Shown here in pieces: positions 63,140 to 64,000 of a DNA stretch of 64,000 bases. The position numbers and the translations under genes are program-made. The DNA is from Octopus sinensis (lineage: Eukaryota). A model generated the notes under the pieces. The model worked only from the letters and a program-made list of their open reading frames with translations, made no database searches and had not been told where the DNA came from. The stretch's first letter is position 1; every line of letters starts with the position of its first letter. The stretch is from NCBI RefSeq assembly GCF_006345805.1, contig NC_043000.1:50778001-50842000 (forward strand), read 5' to 3'.

Positions 63140-64000
63140 GTTAGTTATATTTCCTATAGAATACAGACCATCACTACAGAATGCAGACTAAAATCTTTCT
63201 TGTTAGTAACTAAATTGTGGATAGTTGGCTTAGATACAAGAACTTAAACATGTGTCCAAGATTCAATTTGAACTAAAAGCAAATTTGTCTGTTTATACAA
63301 AAAACATTTTTTCCCATCAAAATTTCCTTCAAAAAATTAGCAACAGCTTTCAGAGTAGAAGAAGAAAAGATCAAATAAAGAAAGGCTTCTGTGATTTAAA
63401 CACTTTTTAATAAATGCAAAACAAAAAGAAAGTAAAATAAGAAAGAAAATGATGCATTATTCATTGTTGTAATCATAAACTGTTTTAGCTTTGCATTTGT
63501 CAGAGTGCTAAGGTGAAGCAAGAAACAAAAATCAACGAATACTCAAGTAAACTGAACAAAATGAAATGCTTTGAAAAAAAAAAAATAATCATGAATTTCA
63601 GTTGTTGAAAGAAAATGCAAGTAATATCTTGTAAAAGAAGAAACAAAGTAAAACAGTAACAACTTGTCAAATTAATCTAGCATAGAACTGACACCTGACA
63701 AATAATAATGCACCTAAGATGTTTTTTGTGAATTCTTGAGTGCTGTTTAGGGTACAGTAACTGTATACAGGTCACCTGCCTCTGATCTAAGAATAATTTT
63801 CCTAATCGATCTTTGTCAATATTACTTTGCATTTTACATATGAAATTTAATAACATAGCTTATGTTTCTGGAGTATACATCAGTAAATATTTTCAATTTA
63901 TTGTTTCTATTTCAACACTTATATTTTCCTGATCTGTTTAGAATATTCATAAATGCGCAGACAAAATAGATATTGTCATCATTATACACTTGCTTTCTCA

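Noticed and set aside
1-64000. CRISPR arrays, rRNA, intact tRNA, operons or any prokaryotic system
   Set aside because: None seen. The regularly spaced repeats are microsatellites or TE-internal minisatellites, and the DNA is clearly eukaryotic non-coding.

Overview
AT-rich (roughly 30% GC, estimated by eye), microsatellite-dense eukaryotic non-coding DNA. The SINE, LINE-tail and MITE families look like those of Octopus or another coleoid cephalopod; this is recognition from memory, not a database result. I cannot confidently identify any intact host protein-coding sequence, and almost all ORF-track entries are translated (TA)n/(CA)n microsatellites or decayed transposons. The window looks like the interior of one or more very long introns. 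It is filled with tRNA-derived SINEs (a CORE-domain family and a second family with a Meta-like central domain), RTE-LINE fragments and (ATG)n tails, an R4/Dong-type 3' end, Tc1/mariner (DD34D and DD37D) and pogo/Tigger relics, TTAA- and TA-flanked MITEs, and a non-autonomous Helitron. Three signals stand out. (1) At 15326-15808 there is a TSD-flanked head-to-head inverted element made of a tRNA-like Pol III head and a Penelope-type tail. The two decayed arms together reconstruct a minimal type I hammerhead ribozyme, and a second unrelated hammerhead-like tail lies at 46211-46339. (2) At 11211/11212 there is a textbook recursive-splice-site signature: branch point, polypyrimidine tract and CAG|GTAAGT, followed by a 40-nt stop-containing RS-exon. 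(3) Several near-perfect foldback hairpins would be ADAR substrates if transcribed. A few small plus-strand exon candidates are listed at low confidence.
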